Shown here: positions 48,847 to 58,806 of the stretch, one piece after another
Numbering within the stretch: position 1 is the first letter of the stretch
Layout of the letters: every line of letters starts with the position of its first letter
Source of the DNA: Pseudothermotoga sp.
Lineage (GTDB): Bacteria; Thermotogota; Thermotogae; Thermotogales; DSM-5069
NCBI GenBank assembly: GCA_031962025.1
Contig: JAVRKW010000011.1
Reading direction: 5' to 3' (one strand)
DNA: 58,984 nucleotides
Translations under genes and position numbers: made by a program
The notes under the pieces: model-generated
Told to the model about the DNA's origin: nothing
Seen by the model: only the letters and a program-made list of their open reading frames with translations
Databases searched by the model: none

Positions 48847-49800
48847 TCACCTTAGTTCAACGCGCGGATCAACAAGGGTATAGATGAAGTCAACAATTAT
48901 GTTCAGAACAACGATTATCAAAGCTATGAACATCACCACAAATTGAATGACAGGATAATCTCTTTCGTTAACTGCCTGCAAAAGCAATCTTCCCAATCCC
49001 GGCAAAGCAAACATGTTCTCTATGACAACTGTCCCAGCCAGCAGATATCCAAGCTGGATACCAGAAAGCGTTATGATCGGGATTAAAGCATTTTTGAGTG
49101 CGTGTTTCCAAATGAGTTTGGAATAACTCACCCCTTTTGCTTTTGCGGTCTTTATATATTCTTGCCGTAAAACATCGAGCATCGATGATCTCGCCATTCT
49201 CATGATCTGAGCTGAAAGCATCAAGCCAAGTGTTAAGGACGGCAGAAACATAACCTGTAGATTTCTCAAAAGATCTTGCGATATGCGAGTATACCCAAAG
49301 ATATTGAAACCTTTAAATGCCCCTGCAAAAATCACGATCAAAATCGCCCCCACCCAGAAAGATGGGGACGAAAGACCTATCAATCCAACAACTCTAATCA
49401 GGTTATCAACAAAGGAATTTCTCCTGATAGCGGCAATAATTCCCAGTGGAATCCCTATAATGGTTGCAAAAGCCATGGAAAGGATGGACAGTTCTAAAGT
49501 CACAGGGAATCTGTCGAGTATCAAATCCATCACTTTTTTTCCCGTCCTGAGTGATGTTCCAAAGTCGAGCGTCGCTAAATTTTTCAACCACACACCAAAT
49601 TGAACGATCAGAGGTTTGTCGAGCCCGTATTGTTTATACAGTTCATTTATCTGCTCTTGAGTCAAATAATTCTGAGTCCCAAGCATCATATCAACGACAT
49701 CTCCCGGAACCAGGTGTATGGTTATGAACACCACAAAAGCAACGAATAAAACTGTTGGTATCGATGTGATGATACGTCTTACAAGATAACCAGAGCTCAC
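48847..49800 (-). CDS. Opp/Dpp-family ABC permease (B)
   Basis: PGD, YIKTAKAKG, HALKNA, PGLG, RDYPV, DPR. Confidence 0.94.
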   Translation of the reverse strand: MSSGYLVRRIITSIPTVLFVAFVVFITIHLVPGDVVDMMLGTQNYLTQEQINELYKQYGLDKPLIVQFGVWLKNLATLDFGTSLRTGKKVMDLILDRFPVTLELSILSMAFATIIGIPLGIIAAIRRNSFVDNLIRVVGLIGLSSPSFWVGAILIVIFAGAFKGFNIFGYTRISQDLLRNLQVMFLPSLTLGLMLSAQIMRMARSSMLDVLRQEYIKTAKAKGVSYSKLIWKHALKNALIPIITLSGIQLGYLLAGTVVIENMFALPGLGRLLLQAVNERDYPVIQFVVMFIALIIVVLNIIVDFIYTLVDPRVELR

Positions 49801-51287
49801 TTCTTATAAGTCTCCCTTAAAAAGACAAGACTTTCATTTGCAAGCAGTTTAAAGCCTTCGACAGAAGCGTTGCTCACAAAAATCTGATTTGCACTGTACA
49901 GGAATATGACAGGTGATTCTTTTACAAGGATTTTTTGCAACTCGTCGTAGATCGCCTTTCTCTTTGATACATCGACTTCGCTTCTTCCAAGTTCGAGCAG
50001 TTCATCAACTCTCTGATTCGAATACAGAAAGACATTTGTCGAGCCGCCGGTATGGAATGTTCTGTAGAACTGAATATCGGGCTCTATCGATCCGCTGTTC
50101 ATAGAAATGAATGCATCGAAATCGCTTTCTCGCCATCTTTTGATGAATATACCCCATTCAACCAGATCGATCTTCACCTTAACACCTATTCCGGCAAGTT
50201 GAGCCTGAATAACCTGTGCAACCTTATCAAAATTGTATCTCTGGGAAGTCACGATTTCAAACTCAAAGCCATTCGGATAACCAGCCTGCGCGAGGAGTTC
50301 TTTTGCTTTTGATGGATTATATGTATATTCATCAAAACTCTTTGGTTGGAGTGCCCATGGTTGAACAGCTGGATTAAGTGGTCCTGTTACTATTCCCTCA
50401 GAAAAAGCAACAGCTTTTATTATTGCTTCCCTGTTGATCGCGTAGTTGAGTGCGTTTCTGACCCTTGGATCATTCAAAGGCTTTCTTGTGGTGTTTATAC
50501 CTATCAGATAATAACTGAGAACTGGCGATCTGTAGATTTTGAACTTCGCATCGCTAAATTGTTTGAGATTCAAAGGCTCATTGATCTTGGCTATGTCGAC
50601 ATCGCCGTTTTTCAAAGCCGCCACTCTTGATACTTCTTCTGGCATGAACACAATTTTGATTTCATCCAGGTACGGCTGATCTTTCACAAAATAATAGGGA
50701 TTTTTCTTCAAAATCATGTAATTACCCGGTACATACTCAGCTAGATAAAACGGACCTGTCCCATTTGTTTCAAGCTGCATGTTTTTGCCTGATTCGACAA
50801 ATTTTTTACAGACTATTGAGCTGTTGACACCGGCGAAATTCGGTAAGAGTGCACTTGCCATAGGCTTCTTCAATTTGAACTCGATCTTGTTATCACCTAT
50901 AGCTTTGATGGACTCAACATCCTGATAGAAAGCCGCGGCGGGAGATTTCGTATCCGGGCTGAGTATTCTCTGGAAACTGAAAAGAACATCCTCGACGGTC
51001 AGAGGAGTTCCATCGTGGAACTTCACACCTTCTCTGATTTTAAAAACTATTGTGTACGGATCCACAGCCTGTGCTTCCTCAGCCAGATTTGGAATCAGCT
51101 TCATGCCATCACCATACCTGAGCAAACCGTCATAGATATTTTCCAGCACTCTGTGAGATGCAAAAGCTGTGACAAGGTGTGGATCCAAGCCAACTGGTTC
51201 TGTCTCCATTGCAATGACCAGTTTGCCACCAGCAAAGATTGCTGTAACTGCCAGAACTGTTAAGATAAATGCCAGAAACTTTCTCAT
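49797..51287 (-). CDS. Opp/Dpp-family (family 5) substrate-binding protein
   Basis: LDPH, FHDGTPLT..DV, GTGPF, VRNALNYAINR. Confidence 0.93.
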   Translation of the reverse strand: MRKFLAFILTVLAVTAIFAGGKLVIAMETEPVGLDPHLVTAFASHRVLENIYDGLLRYGDGMKLIPNLAEEAQAVDPYTIVFKIREGVKFHDGTPLTVEDVLFSFQRILSPDTKSPAAAFYQDVESIKAIGDNKIEFKLKKPMASALLPNFAGVNSSIVCKKFVESGKNMQLETNGTGPFYLAEYVPGNYMILKKNPYYFVKDQPYLDEIKIVFMPEEVSRVAALKNGDVDIAKINEPLNLKQFSDAKFKIYRSPVLSYYLIGINTTRKPLNDPRVRNALNYAINREAIIKAVAFSEGIVTGPLNPAVQPWALQPKSFDEYTYNPSKAKELLAQAGYPNGFEFEIVTSQRYNFDKVAQVIQAQLAGIGVKVKIDLVEWGIFIKRWRESDFDAFISMNSGSIEPDIQFYRTFHTGGSTNVFLYSNQRVDELLELGRSEVDVSKRKAIYDELQKILVKESPVIFLYSANQIFVSNASVEGFKLLANESLVFLRETYKK

Positions 51288-51308
51288 AAAATCACCCCCT
51301 TGTGGTTT

Positions 51309-52058
51309 TTATTTCTCAAAAACACCAGTTGTTTTGAGTTCGATCTTGAACCTGTATTTATCACCTCTGTAGATTGATCTGACAAATTCAATGCACCGAT
51401 TATTCGATGTATACGTATAACGTTTTCTGAGCAGCGAGCAAGTACCTGCCGGTACATTGAGATGTTTTGCATCAGTTCCAGAAATTTGTGCTACTTCAAG
51501 AACTTCGTACGCGCGGACCAATGAAAGCTTCAATTCATTTCTGAGAAATTCATATAGTGATTCTTTTGACATGTCTTTTTTGAGCACGTTCAAAAGCCTT
51601 ATATCGACAGCCGTATTCAGATATGCGCTTTCAATGGCAACGGGATCTTCGTTCATGTACCTCACACGCTTGAGCAGTATCACCATGGTACCCTGTTCTA
51701 TCTGGAATGTCTCGGCAAGTTCCGGGGGAACTTCGATTAGTTTGTTCTCAAGCACAACGGATTTGACAGAAAAACCCTCTTCTTTTGCCTTTTCTGTAAA
51801 ACCCTTCAGCACATTCATTTGTTCTTCTTCTTTCCTGCCCGTGATAAATGTTCCTTTGCCTTTGGCTCTGCTTATGAATCCTTCGGATCTGAGCTCTTCA
51901 AGCGCCCTTCTCACCGTCAATCTGCTGACATTGTAAATCTGTACCAGCTCAGACTCAGGAGGTATGCGATCCCCTGGTTTGTAGGTGCCGTCGAGAATTT
52001 TCTGTTTCAAGTTCTGATAAACCCGATAATAAAGTGGAACAGGGTATTCTTTATCCAT
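51309..52058 (-). CDS. GntR/HutC (UTRA) regulator, NagR-like
   Basis: PLYY, IPPESEL, VSRLTVR, GKGTF, C-terminal YRGDKY. Confidence 0.94.
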   Translation of the reverse strand: MDKEYPVPLYYRVYQNLKQKILDGTYKPGDRIPPESELVQIYNVSRLTVRRALEELRSEGFISRAKGKGTFITGRKEEEQMNVLKGFTEKAKEEGFSVKSVVLENKLIEVPPELAETFQIEQGTMVILLKRVRYMNEDPVAIESAYLNTAVDIRLLNVLKKDMSKESLYEFLRNELKLSLVRAYEVLEVAQISGTDAKHLNVPAGTCSLLRKRYTYTSNNRCIEFVRSIYRGDKYRFKIELKTTGVFEK

Positions 52059-52080
52059 TTCTATCCCCTCTTTCAAAAGT

Positions 52081-52980
52081 TTATTTACTTATAAAATTAA
52101 GTGCTTCTCTCAGGTTTGGATGTTCTTTCAACACCTTTTGGCATTCCTCAAGTGTTTTACCAGACATGATCATGAGTATTGCCTGTTTCACGTTGTAGCC
52201 GGATTTTGCCAGGTATTCTGCGGCTGTATTTCTGTCGACTTTTGCTATCTGCATGATCATGTTACAGGCTCTTTCTTTTAGCTTTTCATTCAAAACCATG
52301 ACATCAACCATTAGATTATCAAAAACTTTGCCCATTTTTACCATGATCGTGGTGCTTATCATATTCAAAATCATCTTTTGAGCTGAACCAGCTTTCATTC
52401 TCGTGCTACCAGCGACAACTTCCGGTCCTGTCTCGGCACTCACAACAACATCCGCAAATGGTGCAAGTTCAGGGTTTTTCACGTTACATATCAAAACAGT
52501 CTGACATCCACACTTTTTGGCGTATTTTAGCGCTCCTGCAACATAGGGGGTTCTTCCGCTCGCGGCGATGCCGATGACAACATCATTCGATTGAAGCTGG
52601 TGTGCCATGAGGTCTTTTACAGCTCCTTCTTCGTCATCTTCGACACCTTCTATTGACCTACCAAGTGCCTGATACCCGCCGGCTATTATCGGTATGAAGA
52701 CATTTTCTGGCAAACTGTAGGTTGGTATGAGCTCGACGGCATCGATAAAAGCCACTCTACCACTCGTACCCGCTCCGATGTAAAAGACCCGTCCGCCGGC
52801 TTTGAGCGCTTTCAAGCATATATGGACGACTTTGTTTATTTCAGGTAAAGCCTCGCGCACCGCCAAGGTGACCACTGCGTCTTCTTCGTTGATGATTTTG
52901 AGTATCTCAAAGGTGTCTTTGGTGTCAAGATCTTTTGATTTTGGATTTGGTAATTCCGTGGGCAATCTGGATAGACTCAT
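52081..52980 (-). CDS. murQ: N-acetylmuramic acid 6-phosphate etherase
   Basis: TE..N, GAGTSGR, ASGRTPYV, TGPE...GSTRMKAG.AQK, NLMVD. Confidence 0.96.
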   Translation of the reverse strand: MSLSRLPTELPNPKSKDLDTKDTFEILKIINEEDAVVTLAVREALPEINKVVHICLKALKAGGRVFYIGAGTSGRVAFIDAVELIPTYSLPENVFIPIIAGGYQALGRSIEGVEDDEEGAVKDLMAHQLQSNDVVIGIAASGRTPYVAGALKYAKKCGCQTVLICNVKNPELAPFADVVVSAETGPEVVAGSTRMKAGSAQKMILNMISTTIMVKMGKVFDNLMVDVMVLNEKLKERACNMIMQIAKVDRNTAAEYLAKSGYNVKQAILMIMSGKTLEECQKVLKEHPNLREALNFISK

Positions 52981-54485
52981 TTTCGCACCTCCACCGGTAA
53001 TCGACCGATTGGTTTGATTTCTCCAAGCAATACCTTCAGAAGTGCTTTTTGAGAAACCATTTCATAACTGTACGAGCAAACCGATGATGATTCAACCACA
53101 AAGCAATCGTACGGATTTCTCAGTGCAACTATTAAAAGTTTTTTGAAATTTTTTCGAGCCTGGCTGATGGCTGATTTTTGCCATTCAAAAAGATGCGCAT
53201 TTTCTGTGAAAAAGATACATTTATTTCCCGAGACACTGATCGGTTTGTCCTTTTCAACCACGAGTAATTTTGAAGAAAACCTTTTTGCCAGTTCTTTGGC
53301 AACCCATGGTATATCAGGCTCTGTTTCCTGCACCTGAACGAGCCGGCTTGTTTTCACAGTCATTACGCAGTCGTCTTTTGAAAGGTGAACAGGTACCATT
53401 CCATCCAGGTCACTCACCAGTGTTATCGATTGTTCTGCTATCTTTTCCATAACACGCTGATCTTCTGAAAAATCAAAGACAGGTTCATTCAAAACCATCT
53501 TTGGTGCAAATTTCTCTTTGAATTTTTTAATTCTTGCCAGCGATTCCTTCAGCCTGTTTTCAAGTTCCCGATCGGTTTCAATTTTCTTCACCAGATTTTT
53601 CACAGCCGAAAGCTGAACTGCAGGCTCATGACATACAGTGAGTACATCCATGCCAGCTCTGAACGATGCGACTACTGCATCTTCAACAGACATATTTTTT
53701 GTGATACCGCCCATTAATAGATCATCTGCAACGGCTATGCCGTTGTACTTGAGCCTTTCTCTGAGCAGACCTGTTATTATCTCTTCGCTAATAGTTGCCG
53801 GCACCTTATTTTTCTGAAGCTTTGGAAGATATATGTGAGATGGCATGACAGACTCTATACCCATATCCATCAGTTTCATGAATGGCAACAATTCCCATTT
53901 TTCAAGTTGATCCAGATCTTTTTCCAACGTCGGCATATCTAAATGCGCATCCACAGTCACACTGCCTTTACCGGGAAAGTGTTTTGCACAGGCTGCAACA
54001 TTGACTTCTTTCAAACCCGAGTAAAACGCCGTGGAGAATGTTATGACTTTTTCAGGTGTATCTCCAAAACTTCTGACGCCAATTCCGGGGTTATCTGGAT
54101 TGTCGTTTATATCAACAACCGGAGCAAGGTTCCATGTTATACCAAGGGCTTTCATCTCTTTTGCCAATATTCTGCCGGCAAGATATGCATTCTCTCTGCT
54201 GCCGGTTGCCGCAAGTGCCATGGCACCGCATGAGACGGCAAAACCATTTCTGAGCCTTGTCACTATACCGCCTTCCTGATCTATGGCAAAAACAACCGGT
54301 TTTTTAACAACCTGCGTGATCTGATATGTGAGATTGTAAACCTGACTGGCAGATTCGATGTTTCTTGCAAACAGAATCACAAAACCCGGTTTGATCTGTT
54401 CCAGGAGCTCGACAGTCTGATCGTCGAGTTCTTTTGCAGGAATTCCTATCATGAAAAGCTCGCCAACCATCTGTTCAAGGCTCAT
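52977..54485 (-). CDS. nagZ: GH3 beta-N-acetylglucosaminidase
   Basis: IDQEGG.V.R, APVVD, RSFG, KHFPG.G...VDAH, DDL.M; C-terminal LRNPYD domain. Confidence 0.92.
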   Translation of the reverse strand: MSLEQMVGELFMIGIPAKELDDQTVELLEQIKPGFVILFARNIESASQVYNLTYQITQVVKKPVVFAIDQEGGIVTRLRNGFAVSCGAMALAATGSRENAYLAGRILAKEMKALGITWNLAPVVDINDNPDNPGIGVRSFGDTPEKVITFSTAFYSGLKEVNVAACAKHFPGKGSVTVDAHLDMPTLEKDLDQLEKWELLPFMKLMDMGIESVMPSHIYLPKLQKNKVPATISEEIITGLLRERLKYNGIAVADDLLMGGITKNMSVEDAVVASFRAGMDVLTVCHEPAVQLSAVKNLVKKIETDRELENRLKESLARIKKFKEKFAPKMVLNEPVFDFSEDQRVMEKIAEQSITLVSDLDGMVPVHLSKDDCVMTVKTSRLVQVQETEPDIPWVAKELAKRFSSKLLVVEKDKPISVSGNKCIFFTENAHLFEWQKSAISQARKNFKKLLIVALRNPYDCFVVESSSVCSYSYEMVSQKALLKVLLGEIKPIGRLPVEVRK

Positions 54486-54500
54486 AATCCTTCCTCCTTC

Positions 54501-54563
54501 TTATGGTATTATAACAAACCTTAAGGCAAAATGTCTTTACATTATGGTCATTTATGGTATAAG
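54501..54563. promoter_or_regulatory. Divergent promoter region with candidate GntR operators
   Basis: Three TTATGGT repeats (54501, 54542, 54552); imperfect palindrome TGGTATTATAACA; TTTACA-N16-TATAAG facing etfB. Confidence 0.5.
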
Positions 54564-54585
54564 ATATGTACAGCTAAGAGAAAAT

Positions 54586-54740
54586 GTGAATAACCTCAGC
54601 CGGGGACAAAAGCCCATCGAGTTATGTTAAGTAACTGCTAAAGCTCCGGGCAAGCAGGCTTACACTTGGTGTATTTAGAGAGGAGGAAAGAGCGCATTTT
54701 TCCATCTTGTATAAGATGGAGTTGACTGCGCTGAAAGTTG
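54586..54740 (+). mobile_element. Miniature (internally deleted) derivative of the IscB element; left boundary uncertain
   Basis: 54675-54745 aligns with 138-207 at about 56 of 71 positions by hand, including the hairpin TCCATCTT-gtat-AAGATGGA. Confidence 0.75.
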
Positions 54741-55541
54741 ATGAAAATTCTTGTGCTGGTAAAACAGGTTCCAGATACCGATAAAGTGAAGATCGATCCG
54801 ACAACTGGCACGATGATCAGAGAAGGACTCGACGCAGTCATAAACCCGCTGGATCTGCACGCTCTCGAACTTGCCCTGAATATAAAAGAAAATAGTACAG
54901 CTCAAATCACGGTTTTGAGCATGGGACCAATGAGTACAGAGTCGGTGTTGCGTGATACACTTGCGCTGGGGGCTGACAGGGCAATTTTACTCTCAGATCC
55001 ATCCTTTGCCGGATCTGATACGTGGGCAACGAGCTACACACTTTCAGAAGCTGTTAAAAGACTGAACATAGAATACGACCTTGTTATCTGCGGCGAGAAA
55101 GCGACAGACGGTGAAACAGGTCAGGTTGGAGTCGAATTTGCCGTTCTTTTGAATCTACCGGTGATAACCTACGTATCAAAGTTTATGCTGTTGCAGGATA
55201 ATTTCATCATCGTGGAAAGAACAACTGAAGACGCATACGAAACGTGGAAGGTGAGATTGCCTGCCCTGATATCTGTTTTAAGGAGTGTGAGTGAGCCAAG
55301 GTTACCAACCCTGTCCGGCAAAAAACTGGCTCTGTCTAAAAAAATAGAAATTTACAACGCCAGGGATCTTGGATTGAAAAGCAGTGAGCTGGGACTTGCT
55401 GGTTCTCCAACAAGGGTTGTAAAAGTCTACAACACAAAATTATCTCGAAACTGTCATCTTTACATGGGAAAGGACCTGAATCAGGGGATTGAAAGAGTTG
55501 TGCAGATTTTGAAAGAGTACAGGGGAAGTGTTCAGAGATGA
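54741..55541 (+). CDS. etfB: Electron transfer flavoprotein beta subunit
   Basis: KQVPDT, INPLD, SMGP, GSDTWATS, DGETGQVG, GSPT.V. Confidence 0.96.
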   Translation: MKILVLVKQVPDTDKVKIDPTTGTMIREGLDAVINPLDLHALELALNIKENSTAQITVLSMGPMSTESVLRDTLALGADRAILLSDPSFAGSDTWATSYTLSEAVKRLNIEYDLVICGEKATDGETGQVGVEFAVLLNLPVITYVSKFMLLQDNFIIVERTTEDAYETWKVRLPALISVLRSVSEPRLPTLSGKKLALSKKIEIYNARDLGLKSSELGLAGSPTRVVKVYNTKLSRNCHLYMGKDLNQGIERVVQILKEYRGSVQR

Positions 55542-56488
55542 TAGGAATAATAAACAATCAAATAGACAAAAACACAATAGAACTTTTAGGAAAAGCGAAT
55601 CAGATGGCTAATAAGATCCAAACACAGGTCTTTCTTTTGATAATTGGTCCACAGAATGTGGACATAGACAGCGCAAAAGATTACGCTGATCTGACAGTTT
55701 TACTGCTGTCAAAAAAATTCGAACGATTTTCGCTGTACCCTTTTTTGATAAACCTGGAAAGGATTGTACTGAAATACAAGCCGTCTATTCTGCTGGCACC
55801 CGCAACGACATTCGGCAGAACGATCATGCCGGCACTCGCAGCAAAACTCAAAACGGGCTTGACGGCAGATTGTACCGATCTGGATGTGGACGAGAAAGGA
55901 AATCTTCTGCAAACAAGACCTGCCATAGGTGGAAATGTCATGGCAACGATCATCACGCCGAACCACCGCCCGCAAATGGCTACAGTGCGTCCAAAGTCAT
56001 TTTCGATCCAGCCACAGAAGAGAAAAGGAATGATCAAAAAAGAGGAATTAATTGAAGTTCAAGATGTGTGCGAACTGGTAGATGTAAAAACAAGAGAGGC
56101 AAGTGCTCAAATAGATCAGGCACAGATCATCGTATCAGTTGGAAAAGGATTGAGAAGAAAAGAAAATACACAGATCGCACAGAAACTTGCCGCAATTGTC
56201 AATGGTGCTGTCGGTGCAACCAGAGCGGTTGTCGATGCAAAGTGGTTTTCCCACGATCAGCAGGTAGGTCTGAGTGGAAAGACCGTAAAACCCAAGGTAT
56301 ACATTGCGGCTGGTATTTCTGGAGCTGTGCAACACATCGCAGGTATGCAAACATCTGAAATCGTGATCGCCATAAACAAAGACAGATACGCACCAATATT
56401 CAAAGTGGCAGATATAGGACTGGTCGCCGATGCCTACACCACACTCGAACAGATCGTAAAAATCTTGGAAGGTGAAAACGGTGAATGA
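55538..56488 (+). CDS. etfA: Electron transfer flavoprotein alpha subunit
   Basis: GLTADCT, RPQMATVRP, QVGLSGKTV.P, GISGAVQH..GM, AINKD. Confidence 0.96.
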   Translation: MIGIINNQIDKNTIELLGKANQMANKIQTQVFLLIIGPQNVDIDSAKDYADLTVLLLSKKFERFSLYPFLINLERIVLKYKPSILLAPATTFGRTIMPALAAKLKTGLTADCTDLDVDEKGNLLQTRPAIGGNVMATIITPNHRPQMATVRPKSFSIQPQKRKGMIKKEELIEVQDVCELVDVKTREASAQIDQAQIIVSVGKGLRRKENTQIAQKLAAIVNGAVGATRAVVDAKWFSHDQQVGLSGKTVKPKVYIAAGISGAVQHIAGMQTSEIVIAINKDRYAPIFKVADIGLVADAYTTLEQIVKILEGENGE

Positions 56489-57872
56489 AATCATAGAGAA
56501 ACTCAGATCGATTGTTGGACAGGAAAATGTGAAAACTGAGCGGGATGAAATCGAGAAATACTCAAAAGACGAAACGAGTTCTGTGGAGCCTTCTTTACCC
56601 GTGGCTGTTGTTTTTGCAACCGATGCTGAACAGGTCAGCAAAATATTGAAAATCGCCAATGAATACAAAATTCCGGTCACGCCAAGAGGCGCCGGAACAG
56701 GATTGTCTGGAGGTGCCATACCCGCAAAAGATGGAATAGTACTTTCGCTTGAAAAGATGAACCACATTCTGGAGCTTGATCTTGAAAACATGGCTGTGGT
56801 TGTTGAGCCCGGCGTCATAACCGATGAGATACAAAAATTGGCTGAAGAAAATGGATTTTTCTATGCAGGTGATCCGGCGAGCAGTGAAAGCTCTTCCATA
56901 GGTGGTAACCTTGCCGAAAATGCCGGAGGAGTTAAGGTTCTCAAATACGGTCCCACTTCTTTCCATGTTCTGGGAATCGAAGTGGTTCTTCCAACAGGAG
57001 AGATCGTGAAATTCGGTGGAAAGATGATGAAAAACGTCATGGGATATGACATGATCAGGTTGTTCGTGGGCAGTGAAGGTACGCTTGGAATTATCACAAA
57101 AATCATCCTCAGGTTGATACCAAAACCAAAGTATTCCGCGGTGCTGTTAACACCTTTCAAAGATATGGAAACTGCAGTTGCTTGCGTGCCGAGAGTTTTA
57201 TGCGCATCTGGCATATTACCGACTTCTATCGAACTGATGGACAGATATTCTGTACAGATATCTTCAAGGTTTTTGAATGAGAATATTCCACAGCAGGGAG
57301 TTGATTGCCATCTGATTTTTGAGATAGAAGCCCCTGACAAAGAAAGCCTGACAAAATCGTACATCTGGCTGGGGGAAAATCTTCAGCAAATGGGTGCGCT
57401 GGAAGTCTACATCGCAGACAACAGGCATCAAAAGATGAAGATTTGGAAATTCAGAAAGGCTATCGCAGAGGGAATCATAGCTTTTAAGCCAGATCACTGT
57501 ATGGAAGATGTCGGTGTACCAATAAAATCTATTCCCGCACTCATAAGATCAACCTATGAAATAGCCCAAAAAAACGGTGTAGAGGTGCTGAACTTCGGTC
57601 ATGTTGGAGATGGCAATGTCCATGTGACTTTCTTAAAACCAGAGAGTATGGCACAGGAGCAATGGGAAAAAGCTATGCATCAGTGCCTCAAAGAACTGTA
57701 CCATGTCACGGCAAGTCTTGGCGGTACCATGACGGGTGAGCATGGAGTCGGGGTAAAGAGAAAAGGATATCTCAATATCTTCCTGGGTCAGACGGAAATT
57801 GAACTCATGAAAAAGATCAAACAGGCGATCGATCCAAACAACATACTCAATCCGGACAAGATCTTTTCCTGA
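56481..57872 (+). CDS. FAD-linked oxidoreductase, GlcD/LctD (D-lactate/glycolate dehydrogenase) family
   Basis: PRGAGTGLSGG, NAGG...KYG, GSEGTLG, GH.GDGN.H, GEHG.G, DP..ILNP. Confidence 0.9.
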   Translation: MNEIIEKLRSIVGQENVKTERDEIEKYSKDETSSVEPSLPVAVVFATDAEQVSKILKIANEYKIPVTPRGAGTGLSGGAIPAKDGIVLSLEKMNHILELDLENMAVVVEPGVITDEIQKLAEENGFFYAGDPASSESSSIGGNLAENAGGVKVLKYGPTSFHVLGIEVVLPTGEIVKFGGKMMKNVMGYDMIRLFVGSEGTLGIITKIILRLIPKPKYSAVLLTPFKDMETAVACVPRVLCASGILPTSIELMDRYSVQISSRFLNENIPQQGVDCHLIFEIEAPDKESLTKSYIWLGENLQQMGALEVYIADNRHQKMKIWKFRKAIAEGIIAFKPDHCMEDVGVPIKSIPALIRSTYEIAQKNGVEVLNFGHVGDGNVHVTFLKPESMAQEQWEKAMHQCLKELYHVTASLGGTMTGEHGVGVKRKGYLNIFLGQTEIELMKKIKQAIDPNNILNPDKIFS

Positions 57873-58686
57873 AATTTGGCAGGGCATATCTCAAAGTCAC
57901 CGAAATCAATATGATGCTACCACCTAAAAGAGCCCATGTACCTGGTCTTTCACCGAAAACCAGAAAAACCCAGATTGGGTTCAGTACTGGTTCAATCATA
58001 GAGATCATCACCGCTTCAAGCGCACTCACGTATTTTATGGCAATTGAATACAGCACATAAGATAAACCAAGCTGGAAAACTCCCAGCAGGATTATTCCGA
58101 TCCAGCTCACGACATTAGGAAGACCTCTGAACATGAACGGTAATCCAACCAGTGCCGTCAGGATATTGCCCATGAGTGTTGATTGGATAGGTGAGGCATC
58201 TTTTTGTTTTCGCAAAAAAATGATTAAAAATGCAAATGCGATACCGCTCAGTACACCCATGATATTTCCCGCAAAACTGGCAGGTTCCAGTTTATCAACA
58301 AAGAAAAGAAACATACCGAAGATAACAAGACCGATCGTTATCCAGTCCCAAATTCCTGTCTTTTCCTTCAAAATCAGAGAACCAAAAATGGCAACGTACA
58401 CAGGTGACCCATACTGAAGTAAAATCGCGTTGGCGGCGGTCGTAAACTTGTTTGCACAGACAAACAGCAAAACCGTTGCCATGTAGAACAAAGAAGCCAG
58501 AATTTGATCTGATTTCCATGTGAACTTCGGCTTTCTAACATACACCAGTATGACCAGAGCAGAGATTGCACTTCTCGCACCGGCAATCGCAACCGGATTC
58601 CACTGAACCAGTTTTATCAAAATACCAGCCAGACTCCACAAAGTTGCAGATAAAACCAGATACAAAACTGCCCTTGATCTTGTCAT
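57847..58686 (-). CDS. DMT/EamA family transporter
   Basis: About 10 TM segments; ANAILLQY..P, IEPVLNP.WV...GE.P. Confidence 0.9.
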   Translation of the reverse strand: MTRSRAVLYLVLSATLWSLAGILIKLVQWNPVAIAGARSAISALVILVYVRKPKFTWKSDQILASLFYMATVLLFVCANKFTTAANAILLQYGSPVYVAIFGSLILKEKTGIWDWITIGLVIFGMFLFFVDKLEPASFAGNIMGVLSGIAFAFLIIFLRKQKDASPIQSTLMGNILTALVGLPFMFRGLPNVVSWIGIILLGVFQLGLSYVLYSIAIKYVSALEAVMISMIEPVLNPIWVFLVFGERPGTWALLGGSIILISVTLRYALPNFRKRSCPD

Positions 58687-58755
58687 CTTTGGCTTCATCT
58701 CCTGTCTTTTTGGCTTCACTCAATATATTAATCCAAATCACAAAAAGAGTGATCA

Positions 58756-58788
58756 AAAAAAACAGGGGGCATTTATATGCCCCCTGTT
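58756..58788 (-). terminator. Terminator after MCP gene
   Basis: AAAAAAAACAGGGGGCAT-ttat-ATGCCCCCTGTT. Confidence 0.85.
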
Positions 58789-58806
58789 GAAATTTTTTAT
58801 CATATA

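Noticed and set aside
54570..54720. Known riboswitch or ribozyme (SAM-I, ykkC, M-box, twister) upstream of etfB
   Set aside because: Only short fragments match (GGGACAAAAGCCC, TGCTAAAGCTC); core elements are missing and homology to the IscB element end explains the region better
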